A DNA stretch of 63,234 nt, filler included, from Sphacelaria rigidula (taxonomy: Eukaryota): assembly GCA_964200075.2 (NCBI GenBank). It is 9 parts of 9 records of this genome, joined end to end, with 100 filler letters (N's around TTAATTAATTAA, not from the genome) between each part and the next. Parts side by side here need not be neighbours in the genome. Positions count along the whole stretch, not along the records: positions 21,113 to 28,049 come from CAXNAA020017322.1; positions 28,150 to 35,086 come from CAXNAA020017323.1; positions 35,187 to 42,123 come from CAXNAA020017324.1; 6 more parts are not named here. One strand, 5' to 3'. Below the pieces are notes generated by a model. That model was not told the DNA's origin. It did not search any database and saw only the letters and a program-made list of their open reading frames with translations. Position numbers and translations under genes: made by a program. Below are positions 24,354-36,193 of the stretch, one piece after another (within the stretch, counting starts at the first letter, position 1; each line of letters starts with the position of its first letter).

Positions 24354-25904
24354 TTGATATTTTACAAGGAGTTGCGTTATCACCCACTCTATTCACAAAG
24401 ATGTGAGTTATCGCAGGGATGTACGATATCACCCACTCTATTCAAAATATATATTAATGGCTTGATACTAGCGATAGAAGCAGCAAAGCAAGGGGTCAAG
24501 GTGGGTGAAGATATGATATCGGGAATGATGTTCGCAGATGATTTTGTGGGGATTTCAGTAACAGCAAAAGGATTACAGAAACAGGTAGACAAGGCGCTAG
24601 AATACACTAGGAAATCGAGAGAGACAGCGAACGTCAACAAATGCGCGGTACTCGTCCGTAACGAAGTTAATAAAAATCCGGTAGAGCTCAAATGGAAGTG
24701 GGGAGAAGAGGGACTGCCGATCGTAGACCAGTATACATACCTTGGCGTCGAGATCTCAAAAAACTATTCTTGGGATACACACAAATGAAGTAATAGAAAA
24801 GGGTAAGGCACAGATAGGCAGGATGGACGTGATCCTCACAGACCCGCACCTAGATACTAGGATTAAAGGATGCATCCTGATGAAAATGATTGTACCAAAG
24901 CTGGAATATGCAGGAGAAGTATGGGAGGGGAACGTGAAGTTGATTGAGATGTTGGAAACAGTACAGATGGCAGCAGCGAAGGAAATACTCGAATGCTCGG
25001 AAATGACGAGTAATACAGCATTGAGAGCAGAGGTGGGAATGCATTCACTTAAAACTAAGAGATATATGAGGAAATTGAGATGGCAATATAGCTTGAAGAA
25101 CATCCGGATGAAGAGATTACCAGCTATAGTTGATAGGGCTTGTTAAACGTCACAGGCTGTATGAAAGAAAATTACGAAAGGGCGGGCTGGAATAAAGTGG
25201 GATAGAGAAGTGGACACAATATGGAAGGAGATACGAGGAAACCAAGACGAAATAATGCTGTCCATAGGTGAAGGTGCGGGGTACAAGACTCAAGGAAAAA
25301 ACATGATAAAAATAAGGGGGTCAAGAGCGCTCAGACGCAAAATAGGCGAGGAAGAACTCGTGAAGATATACGGGGGGTTGAGAGAGGAAATAGAGATAGA
25401 GACACATTGCATGGCCCAATGAACGCGGCGAAAAATATGAAACTGAAATTTCGGGTGCGGGACCTGGACACGCCAGGAACAAGAAAGAGATATACCAGTA
25501 GTCGGAAGGAGGAGGAAGTAGATGGACAGAACTGCTCCTGTGACAAAGTAATAGAGAGCAGAAGACATATAGTGGCAGAATGTGAATTATACAAGGAGGA
25601 ACGGGACGTGTCAGAGGGGGAAATGCGGGACGTGAACGAAGGTGGCATGCAATCGTTTGATGCATTAGACAGCAGCGAAAAACGATGGCAATACTACTAG
25701 GAGATAGATGGTGGCCACAGACGGCGAAACAGGACGGGGAAAAGATATGTGAAAGGTTTTTTGTGTAATGTATGGAAGAAGCGTACAATGAGCACCCAAA
25801 TGTTGGAGGTGTCTCTCTTAGGAATGGGAATAGTGCTCCGTCTCGGAAGGGATGCGTGGTCGATGGTCCAGCGACTAAGACGAGCAACAAATGAGTACAC
25901 CCCC
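24354..25904 (+). mobile_element. 5'-truncated degenerate LINE (not RTE-like) with C-terminal CCHC-type finger, intronic
   Basis: QGCTISPTLFKIYIN, MMFADDFVG, QYTYLGVEI, IVPKLEYAGEVW, CSCDKVIESRRHIVAEC. Frameshifted; ends ATGAGTACACCCCC. Confidence 0.92.
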
Positions 25905-26216
25905 TTTCTCGGGACGAATCCGTCGTGTCAAGACATCAACCCCACCCCTCCCCCGCTACACGCCTTGCATTTTGGTCTCGCAGATTGAATCAACACTCCC
26001 TCACCAGGCTTCGGTTCTGGCCAAAAAGCACTCGGTCAAAACAAAGCCCTACCGCTACTCACGCCCCAACGCAGATAATGACGGAAATCGGACACTTGAA
26101 GGACAAAACCGAAACGTATCTGGCGGGAATCGAAACCGCGTTCATTGTACTCTTTTACGGTGTCAGTTGTACCTGTATTATACCACGCTGTACCCGGGAG
26201 AGATGTCGTTAGTATG

Positions 26217-26476
26217 GAGTGATGCTACGGTAGGTGCACAAATATTTTCTGAGGCTAGAATTGTTAGGTGCCCTTTTTTCTCGTCCAAAACACCACTTAC
26301 TTACCAAATATGCGTGAGTACTCCAGGATTACTATTCTAATGTGCTCGAGGTATCCCGGATGAACTTACAAACGGGGACGCCCTGACCCATATTCTTGTG
26401 CCATCTAGAATCGTTAGGAGCCCCTGAACCGGACAAAAATTCGCGCAAAAAGTGCCCGCCTACCGTAGCATTGCTC
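26217..26476. mobile_element. MITE family D (Sola2-like)
   Basis: GAGTGATGCTACGGTAGG ... CCTACCGTAGCATTGCTC; flanks TATG/AATG. Confidence 0.85.
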
Positions 26477-26886
26477 AATGATATTATCCGTTTTCGACGC
26501 ACGGCGTGGTCGCGCTTGCGTTGCGCTGAGCGCCTACGCGAGAGAGTACAAAAAAAGGTGAACTGTGATGGTGTGGCACGGAGCTTACACGATGGACTGC
26601 GGTGAGAATCGATGAATGATGCCCTACACTATGATCCACAAAAAATGACTAACGTCGCACGCATTTTGTTCTCACTGGCCAACGGAGAACCGCTGCAGGG
26701 GTTTGCTTACGTGTGCCGAAACTTCATGTGGTCGAGTGCGACCTTCCTGTGTGTTCCATGACGCACTAAAAATAGGGTCAAGTGTCGAGTAGGATGAGAC
26801 GTGCGTATTCCTGGGAACAAGTAGTTCCAACGCGCTCGCACAACAAGTAAGGTTCCGCCCTCTCTAATTCCTGCGTGTGTCAACAG

Positions 26887-26991
26887 GTGCTGTGGCTCAA
26901 TGACAACGCGCTGTCGCGCATTACCGATCTGGATTTCAACTCGACCATCAAGGGCCTGTACGCGCACAACAACCGCATCAGCACGTTAAAG
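26887..26991 (+). CDS. Leucine-rich-repeat protein (LRRC72/SDS22-like), next exon
   Basis: cag|VLWLNDNALSRITDLDFNSTIKGLYAHNNRISTLK|gtg, 105 nt, with two LxxLxLxxNxI/L repeats. Confidence 0.88.
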
Positions 26992-27047
26992 GTGACAACT
27001 CGCTCCTCTGTCGCTCGTCGATACGTTGTCGCTTTGCATATACTGGA

Positions 27048-27317
27048 AAATGGTGCTATGGTAGGGGTGCACAAATATTTTCGGGGGTACGAATTGTTTC
27101 GGTGCCCCCCATCTCATAAATAAAAACGTCTTACTTCTCATGACATATGTGAAAGCACGCCACGGTTGGCATCTATCCCAACGGGCTAAGGATATTCCAA
27201 ATGAATTCGAAAACGGGAATGTCCTGGCTCGGATTCTTGTGTGGCTCCAAACTTCAGGAGCCCCTGAATGAGAAAGGATCCGGGCCAAAATGTGCAACCC
27301 CTACTGTACCATAACTC
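27048..27317. mobile_element. MITE family D (Sola2-like), TSD TGGA
   Basis: Degenerate left TIR AAATGGTGCTATGGTAGGGG, right TIR CCCCTACTGTACCATAACTC, TGGA on both flanks. Confidence 0.8.
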
Positions 27318-27766
27318 TGGACCGCACCTTTATGAAAAACACTCTTTGTAAGACCCGAGAAAATGCTTACGATTCCACATCAGAAAGTAAATTTTCCGAG
27401 ATATGAGCAGAAGAAGTACTACAGTAGTAGTGCTTCGGGGATCTTACTCGTAGGCGGCCTCGAAAAAGGCGGTTATAAACTCAACGGCCAAGATAGCGTG
27501 GAAGCGTCATTCTAGTACCCATCGATCTCGGCGAGAGGGATAATTCATCTCTCGTTGGTTTTCTCCAGCGTATCGTTTCTTGCCTTTCGTGATGTAGTAG
27601 TGACTTTTGAGGTGTCGCGGGGGAGTTTTCCCCCGTATATTACTTCATTTTCACACTACAATCACGGTTGTTTGAGTGTCAACCCGAGCGTATTACGGTG
27701 ATCCGTGCCAGTATTCCGTGGATCGAGCTGAACACCTTCACCCCACAGTTGAAGGCTGAACATACC

Positions 27767-28049
27767 GTGTGTGTATGCGTTGTCGTCCCATCTATTCTGG
27801 ACGCCGGTCTACACACCTTTCGGTATATATGGGCGCACCAGCCGGGGTCACACAGGAGAAAGGTCAACGCAGGAGTGTTTTCATTTTTATATGTTTTTAG
27901 TACCCCATCTTCCTTCTGCGGCGCTTGCCTTTATTTTTTATCGCGAGAGGGGTTCAGCGGTCCCTTTTCCTCGTCGACCATTAAGTCGAATTTTGTGTAC
28001 CCACGACAGGGTTGCTCTCCACTGTTGGACATGGTGTGAGAAAAAATCC
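27767..28049 (-). mobile_element. tRNA-SINE family C, body and tail (head cut by contig end)
   Basis: Reverse complement aligns with about 11878-12155. Confidence 0.88.
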
Positions 28050-28149
28050 NNNNNNNNNNNNNNNNNNNNNNNNNNNNNNNNNNNNNNNNNNNNTTAATTA
28101 ATTAANNNNNNNNNNNNNNNNNNNNNNNNNNNNNNNNNNNNNNNNNNNN
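28050..28149. other. Artificial contig spacer
   Basis: N44-TTAATTAATTAA-N44. Confidence 0.98.
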
Positions 28150-28155
28150 GACAGC

Positions 28156-28193
<38 letters not shown>

Positions 28194-31100
28194 AATTGAG
28201 CTCATGTCCAGGCTATGTTGCTCGCACAAAGTTGGGTCAGTCCATGAGCCAAACTTTATGTTCACAGGATGGGCTGATGTGGTGAGCTCAGTTCTCAGTC
28301 GGGAAACTAGACTGGAACATAGTGGGTACAAGCAGTGATTGTGGGTAAAAGAGGCGGTATCGGAGTATTCGTGAAGTATGTATGATCGCAGTACCGCATT
28401 GGGTAGGTTTTGACCGTTTCAGGAGAGTTTGACACGGACAGTGTTGATGCAGGAGAGTTGCACAGCCAGTGTTGAAGTGGATGCGAGGGGGTCAAGGATA
28501 TCGGACCTATCCCTTACCCAGAAGTGTCTGATTGGGTGTTTAGGGAGTGGGGGCGAATAGCGCACCGAGCAATTGTCGACGTAGTAAATAAAATGTGGTG
28601 ACCAGGTGCGGAGCATCTTCTCGTGGTGTTTTAGGGTGGGCTTTGCAAATTTTGGCACGCTCCACCCTCGTTCAGTTCTCATCAACCCCTCAGCAACTGG
28701 GCCTGGTTTTCTGCAAGAGTACAAGTGTGCATAATAAACGATATATGAAACTCTACACGACTTGAGGTTTGGCCACTCCCCTCCAGCAACGTACACCCTT
28801 CCACGAAGATGCACCTCCTGCAGCCACCTCAGCGGAGTGCCAGTCCCACAACTGCAACACAGACGCAAGAATCTACACGCAAGAAGCAGGAACCTCCGTG
28901 TCTCGTGAGCGAAAATCAGGTTCCTCAGACAAGAGTGAATTGGCGACCGCGGGTAACGGATAATGGGTTTCACATGAAAACATTGCACCAAAACAGAGAA
29001 GCAGGGTGTAGCCGTCTAGGTTTAGGTACCTGACGACGCATTATCACGGCGTGGACCATCAATCAGCAGTGAAACATTTCGGCAGCAAGCTGCTGCGATT
29101 CGCAGTGATGTCCTTGAACCCGGCTAACCCGTTTCACTTGAAATGTAACCGTGTGCTAGAGAAACGGATGGGTGTGGGCGTTTAAGGCCGACTCAGATCG
29201 CACGTCACAAATATGTACAGTCGGTGGTTATTTGAAGCGCGGCCTAGCAACACCCGAAAATATGTATACCGTCGCTGTCGATGCTGGTCACTACAGCTGT
29301 AGCGACTGCGAAGTCCTCACGCGGCCACTTGGTTGCAGGTTGCATGCGACAGCAACTGCCACGCGTGAGCTCATAAATTGCGCCATTTCAGGTCACTTGC
29401 CCTCTGCGCACTCGGGTACTCTTGACCTCGTGCAACCGGTTGATCTCGGTTGTGAGTGGTGTAGTATGGTGTATTAGCAACGTGGAATGAGCAATAGCGC
29501 GGTAGTGCTGGGCATGTGCACGGCCCGCGGTAGCACGGGGTCTCCGTAACGCAAGCTCGTGGAGCTAGCAAAATAGCCCAACTCAAAACAAATGAACACA
29601 ATAACAGCTCACGTTGGTAGCAGTCCTCGTTGAGCTCCCATGCTCACCGCCACCCGCCGTCTTCCTCATAAAGCCTCCATTTTGAGCTTAGCCGACGCAA
29701 TCCTCGCATTCGTCTACTGTTGCCCTCGTCCAGTCGCTTGATCTCGGCCGCGAATGGTGCGGTATGTGCACCGTACCAACAACGCGGAGGATAGTGTGTG
29801 CGCTACAGACAGTAACGGACGCAGCGCAGGACCCTTGACGCCCGTTCGGTCCTCTCGAGGAGAACCACAGTGAGACAGAACCAACTAAAACGAAGAATAT
29901 AGCAGACCTCCAGACCTCCCAATATGCGCAACATAGGGAAAGAATGGAATGCGTAAGAGTCGCTAGATTTGAGACAGGTTCTTTGTCATCCACTCTTCCG
30001 ACCAAAACGTGAGCTCTACGAGCTAGGCCAGCGGTAAATCCCACATTTGCATGCCACACCATAACTCATCAAGTACCGAATCAGCCCTACTCGAGTATAT
30101 CGGTGTGACCTGCAGACCAGCCAGTATGGTGTCATATCGTGGTGCCCTACGGTAATACAGCGCAGGACACTCCGTCATCACAGTGCACGATAATGCCGTG
30201 TGGTAATACGTGATGGCACAGTCGGTATTGCGAGAACTGTGAACAGTGTGTGAGGAGAGTTCTCGAGTGCGGTGCCATACATCACCCTGCAAGTTCAGCG
30301 ACAACAGAGTAGTATAGTACAGTACCATTCCTTATGGTGATACACGCGGCAGCGCAGTGCAGCATTGATATTATCGTCGCCGCAGGGTACAGCATCAGCA
30401 CTCATTATCCGCTTATCGAATAGAGTGCGAAGCTGCTCCAGCGGCTGGCGCGGCTAGGCACGCCCGGCGCTGTCACGAAACTGTCTATGCTGCGGTCGCA
30501 AAAATATGATACGCCTACTGTCCCGTCACTGTATGTCACCTTCCTCCAAAGCCGGGGTGCCTCAAATTTCCCTCGATTTGTTGCGACAATATTTCTCAAA
30601 TGGTGACATCCCCATTTTCGCTCCCCCGATTTGGCTTCGATCGGGGTCCATGAAATGCGTTTCCCCATTTCCATTCCCCCGATTTGCGTACAAATCGAGA
30701 TTAATTATTGCCATAAAAGTTGGTCTTCAGGAATACGGAAATGTGTCTGGTCGACAATTCCCAAGACATCAATTCAGTTGGAAGTAGACCGCTGATGTTG
30801 TGTTTCAAAAACGGAAGTGGTGTTTTTTTCGCGGCAACGGAGTAACTGCAGTAGGCCGCCCTCATCCCCCCCCCCCGCACACATTTTCACAGACCTGTGG
30901 CCCATAATAGGGTATACTCTCCGTTTGAGGAATCTGCACCATGGACGTATACCTCCTCCTTGCTCGCTCGCTCTTTCCCCCTGTCTCTGTCATTGTCTCT
31001 GTCTCTGTCTCTCCCTCAGTGTGTGTCTCCTCCCAAAACCACAGACTCAGCGTACATGTCGACACAGTGCAGCAGTGGCTCGAAAATATGTGCTGATTTC

Positions 31101-31719
31101 TCGTGTTCTGTTTGATCTCGCGTCACCAAACTAAGGAGGTTGGGAGCACGTGGAATTTGTCGGATGCCGTTCGAGAAGAAGCACAATCTGAACGGCCATT
31201 CCTCGCTTGTTCGCGCTCGCTCTTTCACGTCCGCCGAACTCGGGAGCTGCCAGTGGCAAAAATAGCAACAAAGACCAGTTTGGGCCAATGGATCTGCAAG
31301 TGCGGCGAACACCTGAAAAACGGCGACGTGTTGACGGGAAAAGACATCGCTCAGCACACGGACGGAGTACAACACAGGCAAGGTTGGTGCTATCCTTGGT
31401 ATGTTTAGTGTGTGTAGACTTCGTTGCCACCAGCAACACTTCCTTCTTTGTGCAGGAGGTCTTTCACTTGCGTGAGCTATTGAAGCACGTAATGTTGCAT
31501 ATTGCTTCTTTAAAATCGTTTCATCTGTAGAGTGCCACGCTCGACTATGACTTGATGCCGCGATGCACCGTGCCACTATAGCCGCTTATTCCACTGTCTC
31601 CCCTTGCGTCATCTGCAATCTCCCGTCGCTGGTTCCAGAAACGGGACATTTGGAGATAACATGAGGCAGAGTTCGTTACTCTCTTTTGCGAAAAAAAATA
31701 CCCCAGGAAGTAGCGGGGC

Positions 31720-31866
31720 CGGCTCCTGTACCGGCGATGGAGGTGCCGCAGGCGGGGTTTCCCTTGCCCGCCACCGACGAGGAAGGCGGCACCGGTCCTG
31801 CACCGGCAATGGAGGCGCCGCAGGCGGGGTCTCACTTGCTCACCAGCGACGAGGTGGGCGGCACTG
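31720..31866 (+). repeat. Two-copy ~72-bp GC-rich tandem repeat
   Basis: TCCTG(T/C)ACCGGC(G/A)ATGGAGG(T/C)GCCGCAGGCGGGGT...CGACGAGG...GGCGGCAC occurs twice. Confidence 0.8.
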
Positions 31867-33024
31867 CTCGTGCGGGCGGGACAGAATCGATGGAGGGGCG
31901 CTGGCAACGATGAATGCAAAGTGGTGGGTACACCAACGCGGTCGTCGTTGCCATCCCCAGCATCGTCCACGACCACCCCACCAGCATGTACAGGGTTCAT
32001 GCCGCAGTTGGAGTATCCAATGGCCATGAACTGGCCCTTCGGCACGGTCAGCGCTCGTCAACCTTGGGAAATGGTCGTTCGTGAAGGGCCTCTGGTATTG
32101 CTCGCCAGGAGCGTTGAAGGAGATCAAACGGCGGCGGAGTGCATGGGAACTGTTGCACGCGATGGAAACACCTGCATCAGCTGCAAAACTCTCAATGACA
32201 GGACGCTTCTCGGAGGTGATGTGCAACAACACCGTGCAGGTCTTGCGCGCGCGATTGTTTTTTGTTGTGTTCGCGCAGTCGGACGTCGTACGATGTAGTC
32301 GAACGTCGTACGATGTTTTCGCCACGCTTGGTTCCCAGTCTAATCTCTGTTTTGTTGCGTCGTCTGAAGTCCGCCTTGCTTGTTCTCCATCTGCTTGACC
32401 AAAAGGTAGTAACTTGGCCCTCGTCCTTCACACGTCTGTTATGTCATGACCATGTGCAAAACACCGGATGAGCGACGATTCGTCCAGAAATTTGGACCAT
32501 ATCTCTCGGCACTTTGCTCGAAACCCTTCGCGTCTAGCAGGCATCGTCGAGCGAGCTGGCCGCTCCATATTGGGGGAGAAAGGGCGCACTCTGAACTAAG
32601 CATACATGACGATGATGCGGATAAAGGAGCGAGCGCGGGCCGCCGCTGCCGCAATCGAAGCTACCCGTCTGAAGACGTTGAACATCCGGAGGCAGGTGTT
32701 GGTGATCGGCAGGAAGCTCGAGGGATTGAAGGCCATGGTATTTTTGCCGAGAATGATGCTCTGGTGTGCGGCGGGTCTCAAGACAGGAAGGAAGAAGAAG
32801 AGGAGGAGGAGGAGGAAAATGATAATGAAGACGAGGAGATAGAGGGACGAGAGGAACGGGGGTAGAAGGACGAGGGGGGAGCAAACGGCGACGGGCGGAT
32901 AGTAACGATAGCGAGACATTGAGCTAAAACATGGAAGAACCCCTGGGCAGGATTAAGCGGGGCACTCTGATTCGGGCGAATTTCGCCACGTAGATTACTT
33001 ACCACTATTTCATTGATTGGATGA

Positions 33025-35086
33025 TGTTTCGTGTCGTGTGCCTCGAGTACCTACCGGTAGTCCGAGCAAGTTTGGCGAGGCGTGAGAAAGTCTTGCTGCT
33101 TTGGCTACTGGTTGTCGCTACCATGTGCTCGTGTACATACATGAAAGTGAGCGTGGCTGGCATCTGAGACCATTGGAACAGGGTGGGCGAAGAACAGAAG
33201 TGAATATACGAACCCCACAAAGCCCACCAGACCCTCTGCTTTTCGTCACATTTCATTTATTGCATTCTTGCAACAAAGTTAGCAGAAGAGTATAAAACAA
33301 CGTCATGACAATTCTCGAGCAAATGCCCTCCGGCATCTGACGTCATCGGGACAGAGCGGGCAAGGAACAGAAGCGAATATACAACCCCCGCAAAGCCCAC
33401 CAAACCTTTTTCGTTTTGTTTTCATTGTCTATTAATCCATTTCTTGCAACAGTGTCAGCGGGGGAAGCATGAGAAAGAAAAAACATGACAATTATCGAAC
33501 AAATGCCCTCCGGCATCTGAGGTCATCGGCACAGAGCGAACAAGGAGCAGAAGCGAATATATATACAAAACCCGCATAGCTCAACAGACCTTTCGCTTTG
33601 TGTCGGTGTTTATTGATCGATTGCTTGCAACAAAGTGAACAGAACAAAATATCGAAAACATCATGACAATTTTCGAGCAAATGCCCTCTGGCATTTGAGG
33701 TCATCGGGACAGAGCGGGCTGGGAGCAGAACAATGTTTGTTTGGGATTGAGATTAGAGAATACGATTGAGAGGGAAAAGCGGTCAATCACTGAGTGACTC
33801 GTTCCAGTTCCCAAATGCCCCTCCACGAGGCCCGATATGTTTTCCGTAGTAGCTTGCCACTGGGGCCCTTGACATCCCTGAGTAGGGTGACGACGTGTAG
33901 CTGTAAGCACACGCCAGTGATTGAGGCGGAGAAAAGCATGCGGGATGGAAAATGGCTACGGTGAAGCGAATGATCAGAGCGACTTTCGATCAGCGCTCTA
34001 CTCTCAATCTCACGAAAACGTTGTTGAACCCCGCGAAGCCCACCAGACGTGTCGGTTTTTGTCAGTGTACATTGGCCAATGGCTGGTAACAAAGTTAGCA
34101 GGAAAATGTGGAAAGCAAATCGCGACAATTATCGAGCAAATGCCCTCCGGCGTCTGAGGTCATCGGGACAGAGCGGGCAAGGTGCAGAAGCAAATGAACA
34201 AGCAACAATGTTTTCGTGAGATTGAGACTAGAGAATACGATTGAGAGTGAAAAGCGGTCAATCACTGAGTGGCTCGTTCCAGTTCCCAAATGCCCCTGCA
34301 CGAGGCCCGATATGTTTTCCGTAGTAGCTTGCCACTGGGGCCCTTGACATCCCTGAGTAGGGTGACGACGTGTAGCTGTAAGCACACGCCAGTGATTGAG
34401 GCGGAGAAAAGCATACATAATCCCAAAATGGCTACGGTGAAGCGAATTATCAGAGCGACTTTCGATCAGCGCTCTACTCTCAATCTCACGAAAACGTTGT
34501 TGAACCCCGCGAAGCCCACCAGACGTGTCGGTTTTTGTCAGTATGTATTGGTGGATTGTTGGTGACAAAGTTAGCAGAAAATGTGGAAAACAAATCACGA
34601 CAATTATCGAACAAATGCCCTCCGGCGTCTGACGTCATCGGCACAGAGCGAACAAGGAGCAGAAGCGAATATATATACAAAACCCGCATAGCTCAACAGA
34701 CCTTTCGCTTTGTGTCGGTGTTTATTGATCGATTGCTTGCAACAAAGTGAACAGAGCAAAATATCGAAAACATCATGACAATTATCGAGCAAATGGCCTC
34801 CGGCATCGGAGGTCATCGGGACAGAGCGGGCTGGGAGCAGAACAATGTTTGTTTGGGATTGAGAGTAGAGAATACGATTGAGAGTGAAAAGCGGTCAATC
34901 ACTGAGTGACTCGTTCCAGTTCCCAAATGCCCCTCCACGAGGCCCGATATGTTTTCCGGAGTAGCTTGCCACTGGGGCCCTTGACATCCCTGAGTAGGGT
35001 GTCGACGTGTAGCTGTAAGCACACGCCAGTGATTGAGGCGGAGAAAAGCATACATAATCCCAAAATGGCTACGGTGAAGCGAATTA
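33025..35086 (+). repeat. Tandem array of ~175-180-bp units with embedded family B MITEs; higher-order period about 1.11 kb
   Basis: GACAATT.TCGA.CAAATG.CCTC.GGC.TC.GA.GTCATCGG.ACAGAGCG recurs near 33307, 33487, 33665, 34124, 34599 and 34777. MITEs at 33731-34023, 34206-34499 and 34843-35086. Confidence 0.9.
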
Positions 35087-35186
35087 NNNNNNNNNNNNNN
35101 NNNNNNNNNNNNNNNNNNNNNNNNNNNNNNTTAATTAATTAANNNNNNNNNNNNNNNNNNNNNNNNNNNNNNNNNNNNNNNNNNNN
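35087..35186. other. Artificial contig spacer
   Basis: N44-TTAATTAATTAA-N44. Confidence 0.98.
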
Positions 35187-35710
35187 CGCTTCTCTCTGGC
35201 CGTCGCCGCGGGCACATCTCGTTTCTGAAACCTCATATTTTGAAACCAGAACGGAGGGGACGGGGGGGGGGGGATTAATTTGTTGCCAGAGACAAAAGGA
35301 TCCATTCCTGGGTGTGATGACAACCACTACCCCATGTACGTAAATTTTCACGAGGTGAATTTTTTCAAGCTGCCTATGTATCACGCAACACTGACATTGA
35401 GACCTCTCCACATTACTGCCTCAATCAACGTCCCAGAATGTCTGACGTGAGGCAATAATTCGGTCAGACACGACGTTTTTCGCGATATGGGTGTAATCGT
35501 CGGTAACGGTCCGGCTCCAAGTTTTCAGAGTTGAGATCAAGTTTCTCGGGCGTAGGTTGTTACTACAGTAGTGTGGAAGCTCAATAAACATGTATGAAGC
35601 ACTATATTGTGCTGTATTCGAAGTTCAATGACCATCTCGTACTGTACCGCATGTGAAAATCTTGCGCCGGAACGTCCGCGTCCTCCCCCGATCATTTTGC
35701 TAATGATTTC

Positions 35711-36193
35711 ATTACTACGGCATGCAGGATCATGAGTACATCCCCACTTCTCGTTCGAGTTTTTTTGCGGTAACCATGATAATGGTCGAGATATATGTTA
35801 TATCATATTGGCTGGAGAACCTCAACTCCACGCAAAGAGGATGATCGTGCTACGTGATGTTTCAGTGGTGAGACACCCATCAAGAATTGTAACCCATGGT
35901 TATCTCTGGAAGTGGCGACACCGGGAAATGAAGCAACTCATTTTAACCTGCCATCCATTTGCAAGATAATCCGTGACGTCTTGGGCCGAACAACCTGACC
36001 AGGATGCGGCTCACCCCCTCACACAACTCGCCGAGGACATCAAGGCGCTTCGCGCTTGACGACTGATTGCGAGCCTGGTTAGGCGAAACCCCAGCGTGCT
36101 CCGTCCCGGCTCTGTAGGGATGCAAGGCCAATGGTGTTATGACTACGGCATGCAAGATCATGAGTACACTCCCCCCCCCCCCCCCCCCCCCCT
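35711..36193 (+). mobile_element. Family A repeat: short tail (35711-35746) followed by a long copy ending in poly(C)
   Basis: Homologous to the reverse complement of 2551-2980; ends CATGAGTACACT plus a C-run of more than 20 nt. Confidence 0.8.

Noticed and set aside
28419..28991. 190-aa ORF and other long ORFs (51305-51883, 59506-60234, 60712-61293)
   Set aside because: No recognisable motifs or splice-consistent structure; several lie in introns or repeats. Likely spurious.
33300..35086. CRISPR-like array of ~55-bp conserved blocks
   Set aside because: The apparent spacers are homologous to each other or are MITE copies; this is a satellite.
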